A stretch of DNA of 64,000 bases, taken from assembly GCA_963738405.1 (NCBI GenBank), contig CAVTWJ010000023.1:128001-192000 (forward strand), in the 5' to 3' direction. A program made the translations under genes and the position numbers. This stretch comes from a candidate division FCPU426 bacterium. GTDB taxonomy: Bacteria; Oederibacteriota; Muellerivitia; Muellerivitales; Muellerivitaceae. The notes under the pieces were generated by a model that had not been told where the DNA came from, did no database searches, and saw nothing but the letters and a program-made list of their open reading frames with translations. This document shows, piece by piece, positions 18,116 to 27,042 of the stretch (the stretch's first letter is position 1; each line of letters begins with the position of its first letter).

Positions 18116-20545
18116 TCAGGGTGAATTCTGTACCGGTATAGATATCGCCATCTTCACCACTTTCGGGTTATAGGGCTTGGCGCCGCGCGTGTGCCAGTTG
18201 GTCTCGACCTTGTCCCATTCGCCTGGATCCACGACAAACAAAACATGGTTCCCCGGAGCGAGGTTTTGCAAAACGCCTTCCAAAGCCTTAGGGCTCTGCG
18301 CCATCTGCGGGTTTTGATCTACGCCCCAAACATGGTCGCCCGGCAGAAGGTTCGATTTTTCCACTGGGCTGTTTTGCCATTCCCCTTCCACCCGTCCCCC
18401 ATCGCCCAACAACACACCTTGGTTCAGGTAAGGCAATCCACTCACGGGTGCGTTCTTCCCCGCTCGGGCGTTTCGAATCCAAAATTCCAAGGCGGATAGC
18501 AAATGCTGGCAATCCTCAGCGGTGGCGCATTGAAACACCAAGGGCACCTTCAAACTCGATACCACCAATGAAAGCTGGTAGATCGGGTGGGGCGTTCCTG
18601 ACAACACCTCAATCTGGCAGGTGTGGATGGCCCTTACTTCTTCCCAATAAAATTCAATCTTGCTGGGCCCGCCTAATGGAAGGCCAAAGGGGTTATCCCC
18701 CTGAAAGGTCAAAACCAGGCTCGACATGTTGGGCATGAGTGTCAGTATCTTTTGGGTATCTTTTCCCACCTTCAGGGAATATTTTTCCGAATCCTGCATA
18801 TCCCCGGTTCGGCGCCCGGCCATGTCGGGGTTGATGCCCTCATCCGGCGTGACGGGAAAATCTTTCACCGTGGAGGGAAGAGGTATGGGGGCTATCTCAG
18901 CCTCCAGCATTTCTATTGTCTCGTCGGAAGCCTGCCAAGCATGACTGGGGAGATAGACTTGGACTGGGGTGTTAGAAACTGGTGTTAAAGGCTTTTTATC
19001 CCGGGGCCTTATTACCTTTTGGCCCGGGACAACTAAACCCCGCACCTCAGCCTGTTGCTTCGGTGCAAGTGACAGGTCACTCAAGGGTGTTTTTTGCGAG
19101 GCCTGATCGACCTTGGAAGCCGCACTCTCTGAATGGGTCCATGGGCTGAAAAGCCGGCCCACAAAACCCTCACCCCAACCAAGCATTCGGCCCGGATGGT
19201 GCCAAGCCCAAAGGATCGCCCAAAAGACCAAGAAGGTGAAAGCGAGCTGGATCAACCCGTTCACCCACTTTCCCTCGGCGCAAAGGCGGATGCCCTTTTC
19301 CAACATTCGATAGGGCAGTTTCACCAACCATTCCAGGCCCTTTAACAATTGGCTCCCAACCCATTTCAAGAATCTCAGCCATAAGGATTTGGATGCCTTG
19401 GCTTTAGAGCCCCCTTTGCCCTTAACGCCCCCCTTTGAACTGGCCTTCGCCTTGCCCTGGGCTTTTACCGTGCCTAAGTCTGAGGCGGCTTTTGTAAGGT
19501 GACCGGCCACTGCCGTTAGAACCTTGTGCAGCCCGCCCTGGGCGGGAGTGGGGGCATTGAGGGCGGCTTTGCCGTAATCCTCCGGTTGGTGGCCTTCCTT
19601 GATCCACGCCACAAAGGCCTTTACCTTGGCCTCGGTCATCTTATGTTCTATGGCCACGGCCAATGCCCGTCTAACCAAGTCTTGGGTTTCGGGGGGTATG
19701 ACGGGATAAGGCCATAGCTTTTGGGGTTCCAGCTGGGCTGAAGCCTCAAGCCGAAGCCCGTGACTTGCTTGTCCGGGCTCAATGGGGGTATCAGGAGCCG
19801 GGATCCCGACTTTCTTCTTGACCCCAGGCTTTAGGCCTGTTCCAGGGCCCAAACCTGCCAATTGTGCGGCGGCAATCTCGGAAATGCCCTTATTTCCCTT
19901 ATTTGAATTGCTCGTAATACGAGCAATTGAGGTCAATTCCGGGTTTGAATTGCTCGCAGTGCGAGCAATTAACTCCCTAGCCTCCGAGTTTAAGAGTGGT
20001 AAGAGCTTGATTGCCCTATTTACCTTCTCCTCGTCCATCTTTCTTTTGTCCGCGATCTGCCTTTGGGTGAGGTTCGGGTTGGCCTTTATCAGCAGTTCAA
20101 TGTGCAGGTAATCCCCCCACCAGCCCCTATCCCTGACCTTATTATCCCAATAGAGAAGATCGGCGGCTTCTTCGGGGTTCGGGTTGTGGATAAAGCCATC
20201 GATGCTCTCCCATTGAAGCAGTTCTGCGGCCCTGTCCCGCAGTTCCCCGCCATAGATCAAGTAATTGAAATCCCCCAGCTCCCAGGGCTTGCCATCCCCC
20301 CTTAGCCGGGGGTCATCGGGATGAAGCTGGGCCCCATTGGCCAGGGGGTTGGCCCTATCGGGACCCACCTGGATGGGGTTCTGGAGCCCCCTTTCGGCCA
20401 TATCATCCGCCTGATCCTTAATTTCTTGTTCGGTGGGCTTACCGGGGTTGTCCGGATTGCGGCGGAGGTTCTTGCGGGGGATCGGCTGTTTGCCGGGGAA
20501 AATTACAGGCAGAAGCTTCAAAACGTCTTCGATAGATACGGGCAT
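18116..20545 (-). CDS. ParB/Srx N-terminal domain + HTH fused to a membrane segment and an unknown C-terminal region
   Basis: GLQNPIQV, LIYGGELRDRA (ParB-like arginine patch), LTQRQIADKRKMDEEKVNRAIKLL HTH and a hydrophobic segment near aa 430-450. Confidence 0.7.
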   Translation of the reverse strand: MPVSIEDVLKLLPVIFPGKQPIPRKNLRRNPDNPGKPTEQEIKDQADDMAERGLQNPIQVGPDRANPLANGAQLHPDDPRLRGDGKPWELGDFNYLIYGGELRDRAAELLQWESIDGFIHNPNPEEAADLLYWDNKVRDRGWWGDYLHIELLIKANPNLTQRQIADKRKMDEEKVNRAIKLLPLLNSEARELIARTASNSNPELTSIARITSNSNKGNKGISEIAAAQLAGLGPGTGLKPGVKKKVGIPAPDTPIEPGQASHGLRLEASAQLEPQKLWPYPVIPPETQDLVRRALAVAIEHKMTEAKVKAFVAWIKEGHQPEDYGKAALNAPTPAQGGLHKVLTAVAGHLTKAASDLGTVKAQGKAKASSKGGVKGKGGSKAKASKSLWLRFLKWVGSQLLKGLEWLVKLPYRMLEKGIRLCAEGKWVNGLIQLAFTFLVFWAILWAWHHPGRMLGWGEGFVGRLFSPWTHSESAASKVDQASQKTPLSDLSLAPKQQAEVRGLVVPGQKVIRPRDKKPLTPVSNTPVQVYLPSHAWQASDETIEMLEAEIAPIPLPSTVKDFPVTPDEGINPDMAGRRTGDMQDSEKYSLKVGKDTQKILTLMPNMSSLVLTFQGDNPFGLPLGGPSKIEFYWEEVRAIHTCQIEVLSGTPHPIYQLSLVVSSLKVPLVFQCATAEDCQHLLSALEFWIRNARAGKNAPVSGLPYLNQGVLLGDGGRVEGEWQNSPVEKSNLLPGDHVWGVDQNPQMAQSPKALEGVLQNLAPGNHVLFVVDPGEWDKVETNWHTRGAKPYNPKVVKMAISIPVQNSP
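19906..19970. repeat. Two 23-bp palindromes inside the ParB-like gene (parS-like candidates)
   Basis: AATTGCTCGTA-A-TACGAGCAATT (19906-19928) and AATTGCTCGCA-G-TGCGAGCAATT (19948-19970), 42 bp apart. Confidence 0.85.
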
Positions 20546-20591
20546 ACATACCTCCGGCTATAAAAAGGTGAACGGCTGATTTTTCATATTT

Positions 20592-20632
20592 AATTCAGGC
20601 GGAAATAATTTTCCAGAAAATTTGAAGGCGGG
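20592..20632. repeat. Direct repeat (left) flanking the Sel1 gene
   Basis: AATTCAGGCGG plus ATAATTTTCCAGAAAATTTGAAGGCGGG, similar to 22007-22034. Confidence 0.6.
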
Positions 20633-20763
20633 GATAAAGAATTTACATTCGGTTTTGATAAAAGAGGCCAAAATCGGACAACTATTAGGCAAAATTTAAG
20701 GATGCACACTTTGAATGGGGTAAAATAACATCTCGTCTCGTTATTTTATTTTAGAGGTGTCCT

Positions 20764-21990
20764 ATGCAGAAATTATTCATGTTATTTTTTCTTGTCGGTT
20801 TCAGCTATGCCCAAACTATGGTTCTGACCCCATCCTTAACCTCTACCACTTCGCCGGTTACAACCCCGAACATGATTCCCTCCCCAACCTCCCCTGTTCC
20901 GGCTTCAAATGTTCCGGGTCAATTGGAATTCGACAAAGGTTTTGAGTTCTTAAATATAAGAGATTTTAAAAACGCGAGGGATTGGTTTGAAAAGGCCAAA
21001 CAAGCGGGAAACATCGAAGCCGAATATGAAATTTACGTCCTGGATCATTTTCCTGATCATGCCCAATTCGTAGGGACAAACGACATTACCTATATATCTG
21101 AAAGTGTTACCAATCAGGATGACGTCAAATCTGGCACCCAGGCGCTTCTGGAAATTACACTCCGGTCCGCCAACCAGGGAAATGTACGGGCTGAGGGACG
21201 CCTTTGGGGTTTTTATAGCAGGGATAAGGCCTATCTTGGATATCCCCAAAATATGGCGGAAGGCCTCAAATGGCTTAGAAAAGCCGCGGAACAAGGGGAC
21301 CCTAGTTCAGAGGACGCGCTTGGTCAATTCTACGAGCAAGGGCCGGAAATTAAGATCCAAACAGGCCTGCCGAAAGACATGGTATTAGCCAGGCATTGGT
21401 ACGAATTGGCCGCGGCACAGGGGTGGTCGGACGCGAAAACAAAAGTGGCCCAGTTTGACAGCGAAAACGAAGCAGTAACCTGTTGGGGCTTTATCGGAAA
21501 TCAGCTTACACATGGTTCCGAGACGACTCAGAGACTTGAATTGGAAAAACCTGTCACGTTAGGGAATCCCATCGGAGCCCTTCTTCTGTGCCCCATACAA
21601 AAAACAGAGACTTACATGCCCTACGCGAAGATAACGGGCAATATCCATTGGACTGGGTGGCGGCCTATGTTGAAAATCAATTCCGTCGAAATCATCCAGG
21701 ACCAGGGGAGCCATTTTATTGATCACATAACCGAAGCGTCCCAGTACGTGCCGGATATGGTTCTGGTCATGTTCAAAGAGGACACGCCAGAAAATGTAAT
21801 GTCAGAAATTCTTTCAAAAATGGGCGATTCCACACCCCTGGCCCAGAGATTACTCAAAAACAATTTTTCTATTAAGCTTAGAAAAGGGATGTCCGTAAAG
21901 GATGCCCTTAAAATTTTGCTGAACAACCCCAACGTGGAGTCCGCCGAACCCGACCAAATTAGAAATATTTCTTCTAGTGTGGGCTCATAA
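20764..21990 (+). CDS. Secreted Sel1-repeat protein with C-terminal subtilase propeptide-like domain
   Basis: Signal peptide, P/T linker, Sel1 repeats (WLRKAAEQG, WYELAAAQG) and C-terminal YVPDMVLVMFK...PNVESAEPD. Confidence 0.78.
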   Translation: MQKLFMLFFLVGFSYAQTMVLTPSLTSTTSPVTTPNMIPSPTSPVPASNVPGQLEFDKGFEFLNIRDFKNARDWFEKAKQAGNIEAEYEIYVLDHFPDHAQFVGTNDITYISESVTNQDDVKSGTQALLEITLRSANQGNVRAEGRLWGFYSRDKAYLGYPQNMAEGLKWLRKAAEQGDPSSEDALGQFYEQGPEIKIQTGLPKDMVLARHWYELAAAQGWSDAKTKVAQFDSENEAVTCWGFIGNQLTHGSETTQRLELEKPVTLGNPIGALLLCPIQKTETYMPYAKITGNIHWTGWRPMLKINSVEIIQDQGSHFIDHITEASQYVPDMVLVMFKEDTPENVMSEILSKMGDSTPLAQRLLKNNFSIKLRKGMSVKDALKILLNNPNVESAEPDQIRNISSSVGS

Positions 21991-22006
21991 AAAAATCATT
22001 TTATGG

Positions 22007-22034
22007 ATAATTTTTCCAGGAAAATTCAGGCGGG
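22007..22034. repeat. Direct repeat (right) flanking the Sel1 gene
   Basis: ATAATTTTTCCAGGAAAATTCAGGCGGG. Confidence 0.6.
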
Positions 22035-22199
22035 CTTCATCAAATGCCATCTCTGCAAAAAGGGTGTGAGGTTGATGACCAGCAGATCCCACAGGAACTT
22101 CAAAATAAACAGGGCCTGGTGCCAGTAACAAATACAAATAACCAATAGGGTCGCGAAAAGAATCGCAAAAACGCCTTTATAACTTCCTTCTTGATACAT
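22026..22199 (-). CDS. Small membrane protein (57 aa) coupled to gntK
   Basis: MYQEGSYKGVFAILFATLLVICICYWHQALFILKFLWDLL...; its ATG overlaps the gntK stop (TAATG). Confidence 0.55.
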   Translation of the reverse strand: MYQEGSYKGVFAILFATLLVICICYWHQALFILKFLWDLLVINLTPFLQRWHLMKPA

Positions 22200-22684
22200 T
22201 AGTTCTCCAGATTTAATCGCGAATGAATCTTCTCAACCATTTTATCCACTGGCAGGGCAATGTCCACCACAAGGGCTTCCGTCGGTTCTTCCAGGTCATG
22301 AAATTGGGTCTCAAGCAACTGGGTTGGAAAAAAATGTCCAGCTCGGGACAAGAGACGTCGATGGACTAAGTCATGATTCCCTTTTAAGTAAATCCACTTC
22401 AACTTCTCGTTCGATTCCAAAATGCGCCGGTATTTGGCCTTGAGGGCTGAACAGGCCAAAACAAAAATTGAATTTTGTTTTCTCCATTCTTTCATCTTTT
22501 CACTGATCAACTTTAACCAGGGTTCCCGGTCTTCGTCCGTTAAAGCCTCTCCCGTTTTCATCTTCCTCGCATTTTCAACCGGGTGAAAATCATCCCCCTC
22601 ATAGAAAGGGCAGTTCAAAACTTCCGCCAGCTTTTTCCCCACAGTCGTTTTTCCGCTTCCCGCTACTCCCATCACGATGATCAC
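22199..22684 (-). CDS. gntK: Gluconokinase
   Basis: MGVAGSGKTT, EGDDFHP, LTDEDREPWL, ACSALK, GHFF. Confidence 0.93.
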   Translation of the reverse strand: MIIVMGVAGSGKTTVGKKLAEVLNCPFYEGDDFHPVENARKMKTGEALTDEDREPWLKLISEKMKEWRKQNSIFVLACSALKAKYRRILESNEKLKWIYLKGNHDLVHRRLLSRAGHFFPTQLLETQFHDLEEPTEALVVDIALPVDKMVEKIHSRLNLEN

Positions 22685-22707
22685 TTTTAGTACCCTCCGA
22701 AATTTTC

Positions 22708-22794
22708 ACCACCAAGGCACCAAGACGCCAAGAAAACCTTCAGTTTTTAAAATCCTTGAATTTGCCTTCCTTGGTGACTTCGTGTCTTGGTGGT
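22708..22794. repeat. Family A inverted repeat element, copy 3
   Basis: ACCACCAAGGCACCAAGACGCCAAG ... CTTGGTGACTTCGTGTCTTGGTGGT. Confidence 0.9.
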
Positions 22795-22796
22795 AA

Positions 22797-23585
22797 TTAT
22801 TGGTTTTTTTCATTTTTTTCTTCCTTCGAAGAAAGGGACAGGTAGAAGTCGAGGGTCTTGAGGTGCTTTTCAAAGGTTTGTTGAAGGTATTCCAGGGTGG
22901 TCAATAAAACGGAACGGGCCTGGGAAGGCGTCAATTTCAAAAGCGTCGCCCGCGAAAGGGGTAATTCGAGCAGTTTCTTGAGCCATGCCAGGGACTGGGG
23001 ATTCACTTGAAGCCGGGAAGGACCCACGGGGGAGCAGGAAGCGCAAAGGGCCCCGCCCCGGTGGGGCACCAGATTCGCCTTTTTTCCCTGTAAGGATTCC
23101 CCGCATTCGGCGCAATCGGTGAATTCCAACGGGTAGCCCCCTTCCCTTAAAAAACGAAGGTTGAAGGCGGCTAGAAGCTGTTCCCTTTGGGCCGGTTCCT
23201 TTTCCCAACCTGCCAACAAGGCTCTCACCCCGTCAAAAAGAACAGGATGGGGTTCCCCCTCCGGCAGGCATCCCAAAAGAATATCGGCCAAAAGCTGAAG
23301 AAGGGCGATAGCGGTTAAATCTTTTTTTAAATCAGGGTGCCCGTTAAGAACCTTGGCCTGGGATAGGCTGTAAGAGTCGCCGCGTTTTGCGGGATGCAGC
23401 ACGAAGGATGATTCGGTGAAAAATTCCAGGGCGGGGGCCATCCGGCTCTTGGGCTTCCTTACCCCCCGGGCGAAGGCCCGGATTCTTCCGCTTTCCTTGG
23501 TCATCAAGCGGACCCACTTGTCCGCCTCGCCCGAAGGGCTGGCCGAAAGGACAAAGCCCCGTTCGGTTTTTAAAGGTTTAGACAA
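22797..23585 (-). CDS. recO: DNA repair protein RecO
   Basis: GEADK, ARGVRKPKSR and a CAEC...CASC zinc site; start placed at TTG 23585 after GAGAGG. Confidence 0.9.
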   Translation of the reverse strand: MSKPLKTERGFVLSASPSGEADKWVRLMTKESGRIRAFARGVRKPKSRMAPALEFFTESSFVLHPAKRGDSYSLSQAKVLNGHPDLKKDLTAIALLQLLADILLGCLPEGEPHPVLFDGVRALLAGWEKEPAQREQLLAAFNLRFLREGGYPLEFTDCAECGESLQGKKANLVPHRGGALCASCSPVGPSRLQVNPQSLAWLKKLLELPLSRATLLKLTPSQARSVLLTTLEYLQQTFEKHLKTLDFYLSLSSKEEKNEKNQ

Positions 23586-23597
23586 AAACAACCCTCT

Positions 23598-23738
23598 CAC
23601 CACCACGATACGTCCCCTCCAGGGACCGGCTTGTATCGCACAAAGACACCAAGGAAGGCCAGAAAAAAGATTTGGATTTACGGTGTTCATCAAACAACTT
23701 CTTAACGGTGTTCTTGGTGTCTTCGTGTCTTGGTGGTG
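23598..23738. repeat. Family A element, copy 4, with a hairpin inserted in the left arm
   Basis: CACCACCAC[GATACGTCCC..GGGAC..GTATC]GCACAAAGACACCAAG ... CTTGGTGTCTTCGTGTCTTGGTGGTG. Confidence 0.8.
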
Positions 23739-23780
23739 AAAATATCTTTTTCTTTTGAGTTTTTTTCACGGTTTTAAGAT

Positions 23781-24845
23781 TCAAACTTGAGATTCCCTTT
23801 CATCCAGCAGGGCCACCGAGAGGGCGGGAAAATAAAGGGCGCAAAAAACCACAAAAAAGGCCGCCGTGAACAGCATTCCAAAGAAACTCAAGAACCCCAC
23901 CAAAGGCACCAAAAGCGCCAGTATCAAGAAAATCTGGACCACGATAAAAAGCGCCGCTAGGCCTATCAGGGCCAAAAAGACGCACTTCGTGAAATGCCAG
24001 CCCTGGGCAGAGCAGGATTTCCAGCCAAGCGTTAAGGATTCGGCGATGCCTTTGCCGCTTCCCACCCAAGCCTTAACCGCCAGCGAATAGGCCACGATTC
24101 CAAAAGCCACGGCAAGGTAAAGGAGGAAAACAGGGATGCTGAAGCAAACCATGATGGCCAAAGAAAGGCCGTCGCTTAAATGCAGGGCATGGATGAATAA
24201 ACCAACCCCCATCCCAACGACGCGGAAACCCAGGCCGACCCCTAAGGAAATCACGAACAATAGAGCCAGGGTTGCCAGATAGGGGAGGAAACGCCCTAAG
24301 GCATCCTTAAAAAATTCTCCGAGGGAAAAACCCTTCCCCTCCCTCTTAAGCCTCCAAAAGGCCCCGTAGATACCGCCATTGACCAGGGCTTCCAAAAACA
24401 GCGCCCACAGGCAATAAAAAAACAGGAGACCCAAAAAAATACCAAGCCAGGAAGTATCGGATGTCCCTATGGAATAAAGTTTATTTGTAAATTCCTGGGG
24501 ATCGTAGCTGTCCGGGTTTTGAATAATATCCCCGAAGGCCTGCCCCATGGCCGCGATGAGCGGCCAACACCCAACCAGAAAAACCACCCCCAGCATGGCC
24601 AGGTTCATCAGGGCCGCCAGGGACTGGAGGATCAACAGGGGCCACATTTTCATGCAGGCTTGAAAGGCGTTTTGGAACAGGACAGAGAAGGAAGTTTCCG
24701 CGCCCACGGAGGGAGAAGGTGTGGCCGTTGCCTCGGGCGCGGCATTCGGGAGCACCACGCTTTCGACAGAACTTAAGCGGGGTTTGCGACGGGGTGTTCT
24801 GGGACGAGACGATTTTCTTACCGTCCGCTTCACTGATTTCGGCAT
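23781..24845 (-). CDS. Polytopic membrane protein of unknown function
   Basis: About six TM helices after a basic, Pro-rich N-terminus. Confidence 0.75.
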   Translation of the reverse strand: MPKSVKRTVRKSSRPRTPRRKPRLSSVESVVLPNAAPEATATPSPSVGAETSFSVLFQNAFQACMKMWPLLILQSLAALMNLAMLGVVFLVGCWPLIAAMGQAFGDIIQNPDSYDPQEFTNKLYSIGTSDTSWLGIFLGLLFFYCLWALFLEALVNGGIYGAFWRLKREGKGFSLGEFFKDALGRFLPYLATLALLFVISLGVGLGFRVVGMGVGLFIHALHLSDGLSLAIMVCFSIPVFLLYLAVAFGIVAYSLAVKAWVGSGKGIAESLTLGWKSCSAQGWHFTKCVFLALIGLAALFIVVQIFLILALLVPLVGFLSFFGMLFTAAFFVVFCALYFPALSVALLDERESQV

Positions 24846-24881
24846 ATTGATCTCCGTTGTTAATCTTTCTTTTTAAACCAC

Positions 24882-24909
24882 TGTCCAATCAGGATCCCCA
24901 TCGCGGACA
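24882..24909. repeat. Family B palindrome 1 (degenerate)
   Basis: TGTCCAATCAGGATCCCCATCGCGGACA. Confidence 0.7.
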
Positions 24910-24956
24910 AGCCAAACACTTCATTGAAATTTGTATTCGGGGTATAAATCACCCGT

Positions 24957-25694
24957 TTATTTACCTAGTCGCAACTTTAATACGCTCAAAACCTTTTGGC
25001 GAGTTAGAACTGGAAGTCGGCTCAAAACCAAAGCGGAAACTTCCTTCATTTGTTCAAACAAAACAGATTCTTCTGAAGTGTCCTTCAATAAAGATGCCGA
25101 ACTATCCTTCATTGCGTCTTCGACACCATCTTCATCCAATTTACGGTCTTGCTCAGTTTTGTTTTGGCGTTCTCTCTCCTCCTGTTCGCCCATGGAAGAG
25201 ATACGACTTTGGCTATCCGCATTCGAGGTCCAATCCTCTTTCAATTCATGAACACGATTCAACAATCGGTTAATTTCCTTCAAGCCTTCCCATATCTCTT
25301 CCCCCGAAATTCCCGGTATCTTTCGCAAATCGGAAAGAACAAAGTCTTTCACACCTCGATCCAAACCCTTACCCCAATTCCGCATATCGGAAACATCCTC
25401 TTTGCCCGAAACAAAACCGATAAATGTATTGCAGGTCTCTTCGCCTACTTGATTAATTATTTTTTTACTTTGTTGGGTCGACATACCACTAATTGTCTTC
25501 AAAAAACGGCCATCTCCAAATAATTCGTAACTATTTTTTTGAGTTTCTTCCTCGTTTCTTAAATCGCGAAGACGAGTTATCAATTCCGCCTGGTGGATCT
25601 TATAAGTTTTGAATTGTTGGAAGAGAAAATACGAAAGAACAACGAAAAGTAATAGAAAAAGGTAAAAGTTGGCTGAATATTTATTCTTTTTCAT
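24957..25694 (-). CDS. Hypothetical protein with N-terminal membrane anchor (cassette)
   Basis: 245-aa AT-rich ORF filling the interval between sites 1 and 2. Confidence 0.75.
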   Translation of the reverse strand: MKKNKYSANFYLFLLLFVVLSYFLFQQFKTYKIHQAELITRLRDLRNEEETQKNSYELFGDGRFLKTISGMSTQQSKKIINQVGEETCNTFIGFVSGKEDVSDMRNWGKGLDRGVKDFVLSDLRKIPGISGEEIWEGLKEINRLLNRVHELKEDWTSNADSQSRISSMGEQEERERQNKTEQDRKLDEDGVEDAMKDSSASLLKDTSEESVLFEQMKEVSALVLSRLPVLTRQKVLSVLKLRLGK

Positions 25695-25717
25695 ACTCGT
25701 CCCATTTTTCCTTTAAG

Positions 25718-25745
25718 TGTCCACGACGGGTCCCTGTCGTGGACA
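25718..25745. repeat. Family B palindrome 2
   Basis: TGTCCACGACGGGTCCCTGTCGTGGACA. Confidence 0.95.
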
Positions 25746-25757
25746 AGGTCTAGGGCG

Positions 25758-26201
25758 CTAAATCGGATTTCGAAAGTATTTTCCAAGAAATTCCCTAGGG
25801 GTAAGGATTTCCACTTCCTTCACTCGCTCCAGGGGACGGATATCTTGGTGGTCTCCCGTGACTAGGACACGGGCCTGGGCATCCACCGCGCATTCCAAAA
25901 TCCGGTTGTCAGCGTCTTTCCTTTTGATGGTTGTGAAATGGGAGCGGGGCTCGATGAGAACAAATACGGTTTTGAGCCTTCGCCTTAATTCAATGATGCG
26001 GTGATGGTCCCACCCGGCTTTTCGGGCCAGGGTATTTTCCAACTCGGCAAGGATATAGGACGAAACGACAGCTTCGATTTTTCCTTCCCGGGCCAATTCC
26101 AAGACTTTTAAGGGAGGGCTATCTTTTCCAAATGCCAGCGCGGAAAACAATACGTTGGTATCGACAACCACCCGTAATGGTTTACTTTCTGGCATCGTCA
26201 A
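25758..26201 (-). CDS. PIN-domain toxin (TIGR00305-like)
   Basis: RVVVDTNVLFSAL, DADNRILECA, LVTGD, ILTPREF. Confidence 0.88.
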   Translation of the reverse strand: MTMPESKPLRVVVDTNVLFSALAFGKDSPPLKVLELAREGKIEAVVSSYILAELENTLARKAGWDHHRIIELRRRLKTVFVLIEPRSHFTTIKRKDADNRILECAVDAQARVLVTGDHQDIRPLERVKEVEILTPREFLGKYFRNPI

Positions 26202-26430
26202 TCAGCTGTTCAACGTCCTCCGCCGTCCTGATTCCCATTTGGGCGGCCTTGCCTCGACCGTAAGAGACCAATTCCTGCCAATCCGCCTCCTCTTTTTGAT
26301 AACGCCTGAGCGCGTCCCGGAGCAACTCGGAGCGAGTCATTCCCTTTACCTTTGCCAGCCGGTCCATTTCACTGTAAACCTTTGGCGGGAGGGATATGGT
26401 TGTTGTTTTGCTGGTTCTTCCCGTGGCCAT
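26182..26430 (-). CDS. CopG/RHH antitoxin
   Basis: TTISLP..RSELLRDALRRY; overlaps the PIN gene. Confidence 0.85.
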   Translation of the reverse strand: MATGRTSKTTTISLPPKVYSEMDRLAKVKGMTRSELLRDALRRYQKEEADWQELVSYGRGKAAQMGIRTAEDVEQLIDDARK

Positions 26431-26551
26431 ATTTTTATCCTGTATTACTAAGTGTTACAATAAGCTTAATCCCAGAATACTTCGAATTCAATCCCGCAAT
26501 TCATTGAGAAACGGCCAAAATGAAAATCTGGGCTATTATCGGGCTTTCACC

Positions 26552-26579
26552 TGTCCACGATGGGTCCCCGTCGTGGACA
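26552..26579. repeat. Family B palindrome 3
   Basis: TGTCCACGATGGGTCCCCGTCGTGGACA. Confidence 0.95.
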
Positions 26580-26597
26580 ACCTTTTATTTTTTAAGT

Positions 26598-26990
26598 CTA
26601 TTCTTTTTCCAAATCCATTTCTAATTCTTTGAAAATAAGGTAAAGCTTATGGCTTTCCTCTTTCAGTTTTTCATTAATTTCAGTTCCGATTTGTCCATAT
26701 TTTCGCGGATCAAACCAACAATCTAAAAGAAGACTACCCATACCGCCTATCAGAGACTTCTTTAGAAAAGTTATTTGTTTCTTGGAAAGTGGGCCTTCTT
26801 GCACCTCGATTAAAGAAGCGATGGCATTAAGTTCTCCCCAGCGTACTAGGGCATAAGGGTCCGGAACTAAGTCATTAATTTTTCCAGGAACGTCTTTATC
26901 CAAATATAAAATTTCAAACTTATCACGTGTAAGAGGTTTAAAAACTTCAGCTGTGATCCTAAGTTGTTCAACAAATTTTTGTTTATTCAT
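26598..26990 (-). CDS. Hypothetical protein with GGMGS motif (cassette)
   Basis: 130-aa AT-rich ORF with a GAGGTGG RBS, filling the interval between sites 3 and 4. Confidence 0.75.
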   Translation of the reverse strand: MNKQKFVEQLRITAEVFKPLTRDKFEILYLDKDVPGKINDLVPDPYALVRWGELNAIASLIEVQEGPLSKKQITFLKKSLIGGMGSLLLDCWFDPRKYGQIGTEINEKLKEESHKLYLIFKELEMDLEKE

Positions 26991-27013
26991 AATTAAATAC
27001 CCACCTCAATATC

Positions 27014-27041
27014 TGTCCACGACGGGTCCCCGTCGTGGACA
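27014..27041. repeat. Family B palindrome 4 (perfect consensus)
   Basis: TGTCCACGACGGGTCCCCGTCGTGGACA. Confidence 0.97.
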
Positions 27042-27042
27042 T

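Noticed and set aside
14682..22034. Prophage, suggested by the Gp37/Gp68 family name and ParB
   Set aside because: There are no structural, terminase, lysis or integrase genes.
23586..23693. N-terminal extension of RecO in the ORF track
   Set aside because: It is read-through of a family A repeat; a TTG with an RBS gives a normal-length RecO. The extended starts at 34903 and 60739 have the same cause.
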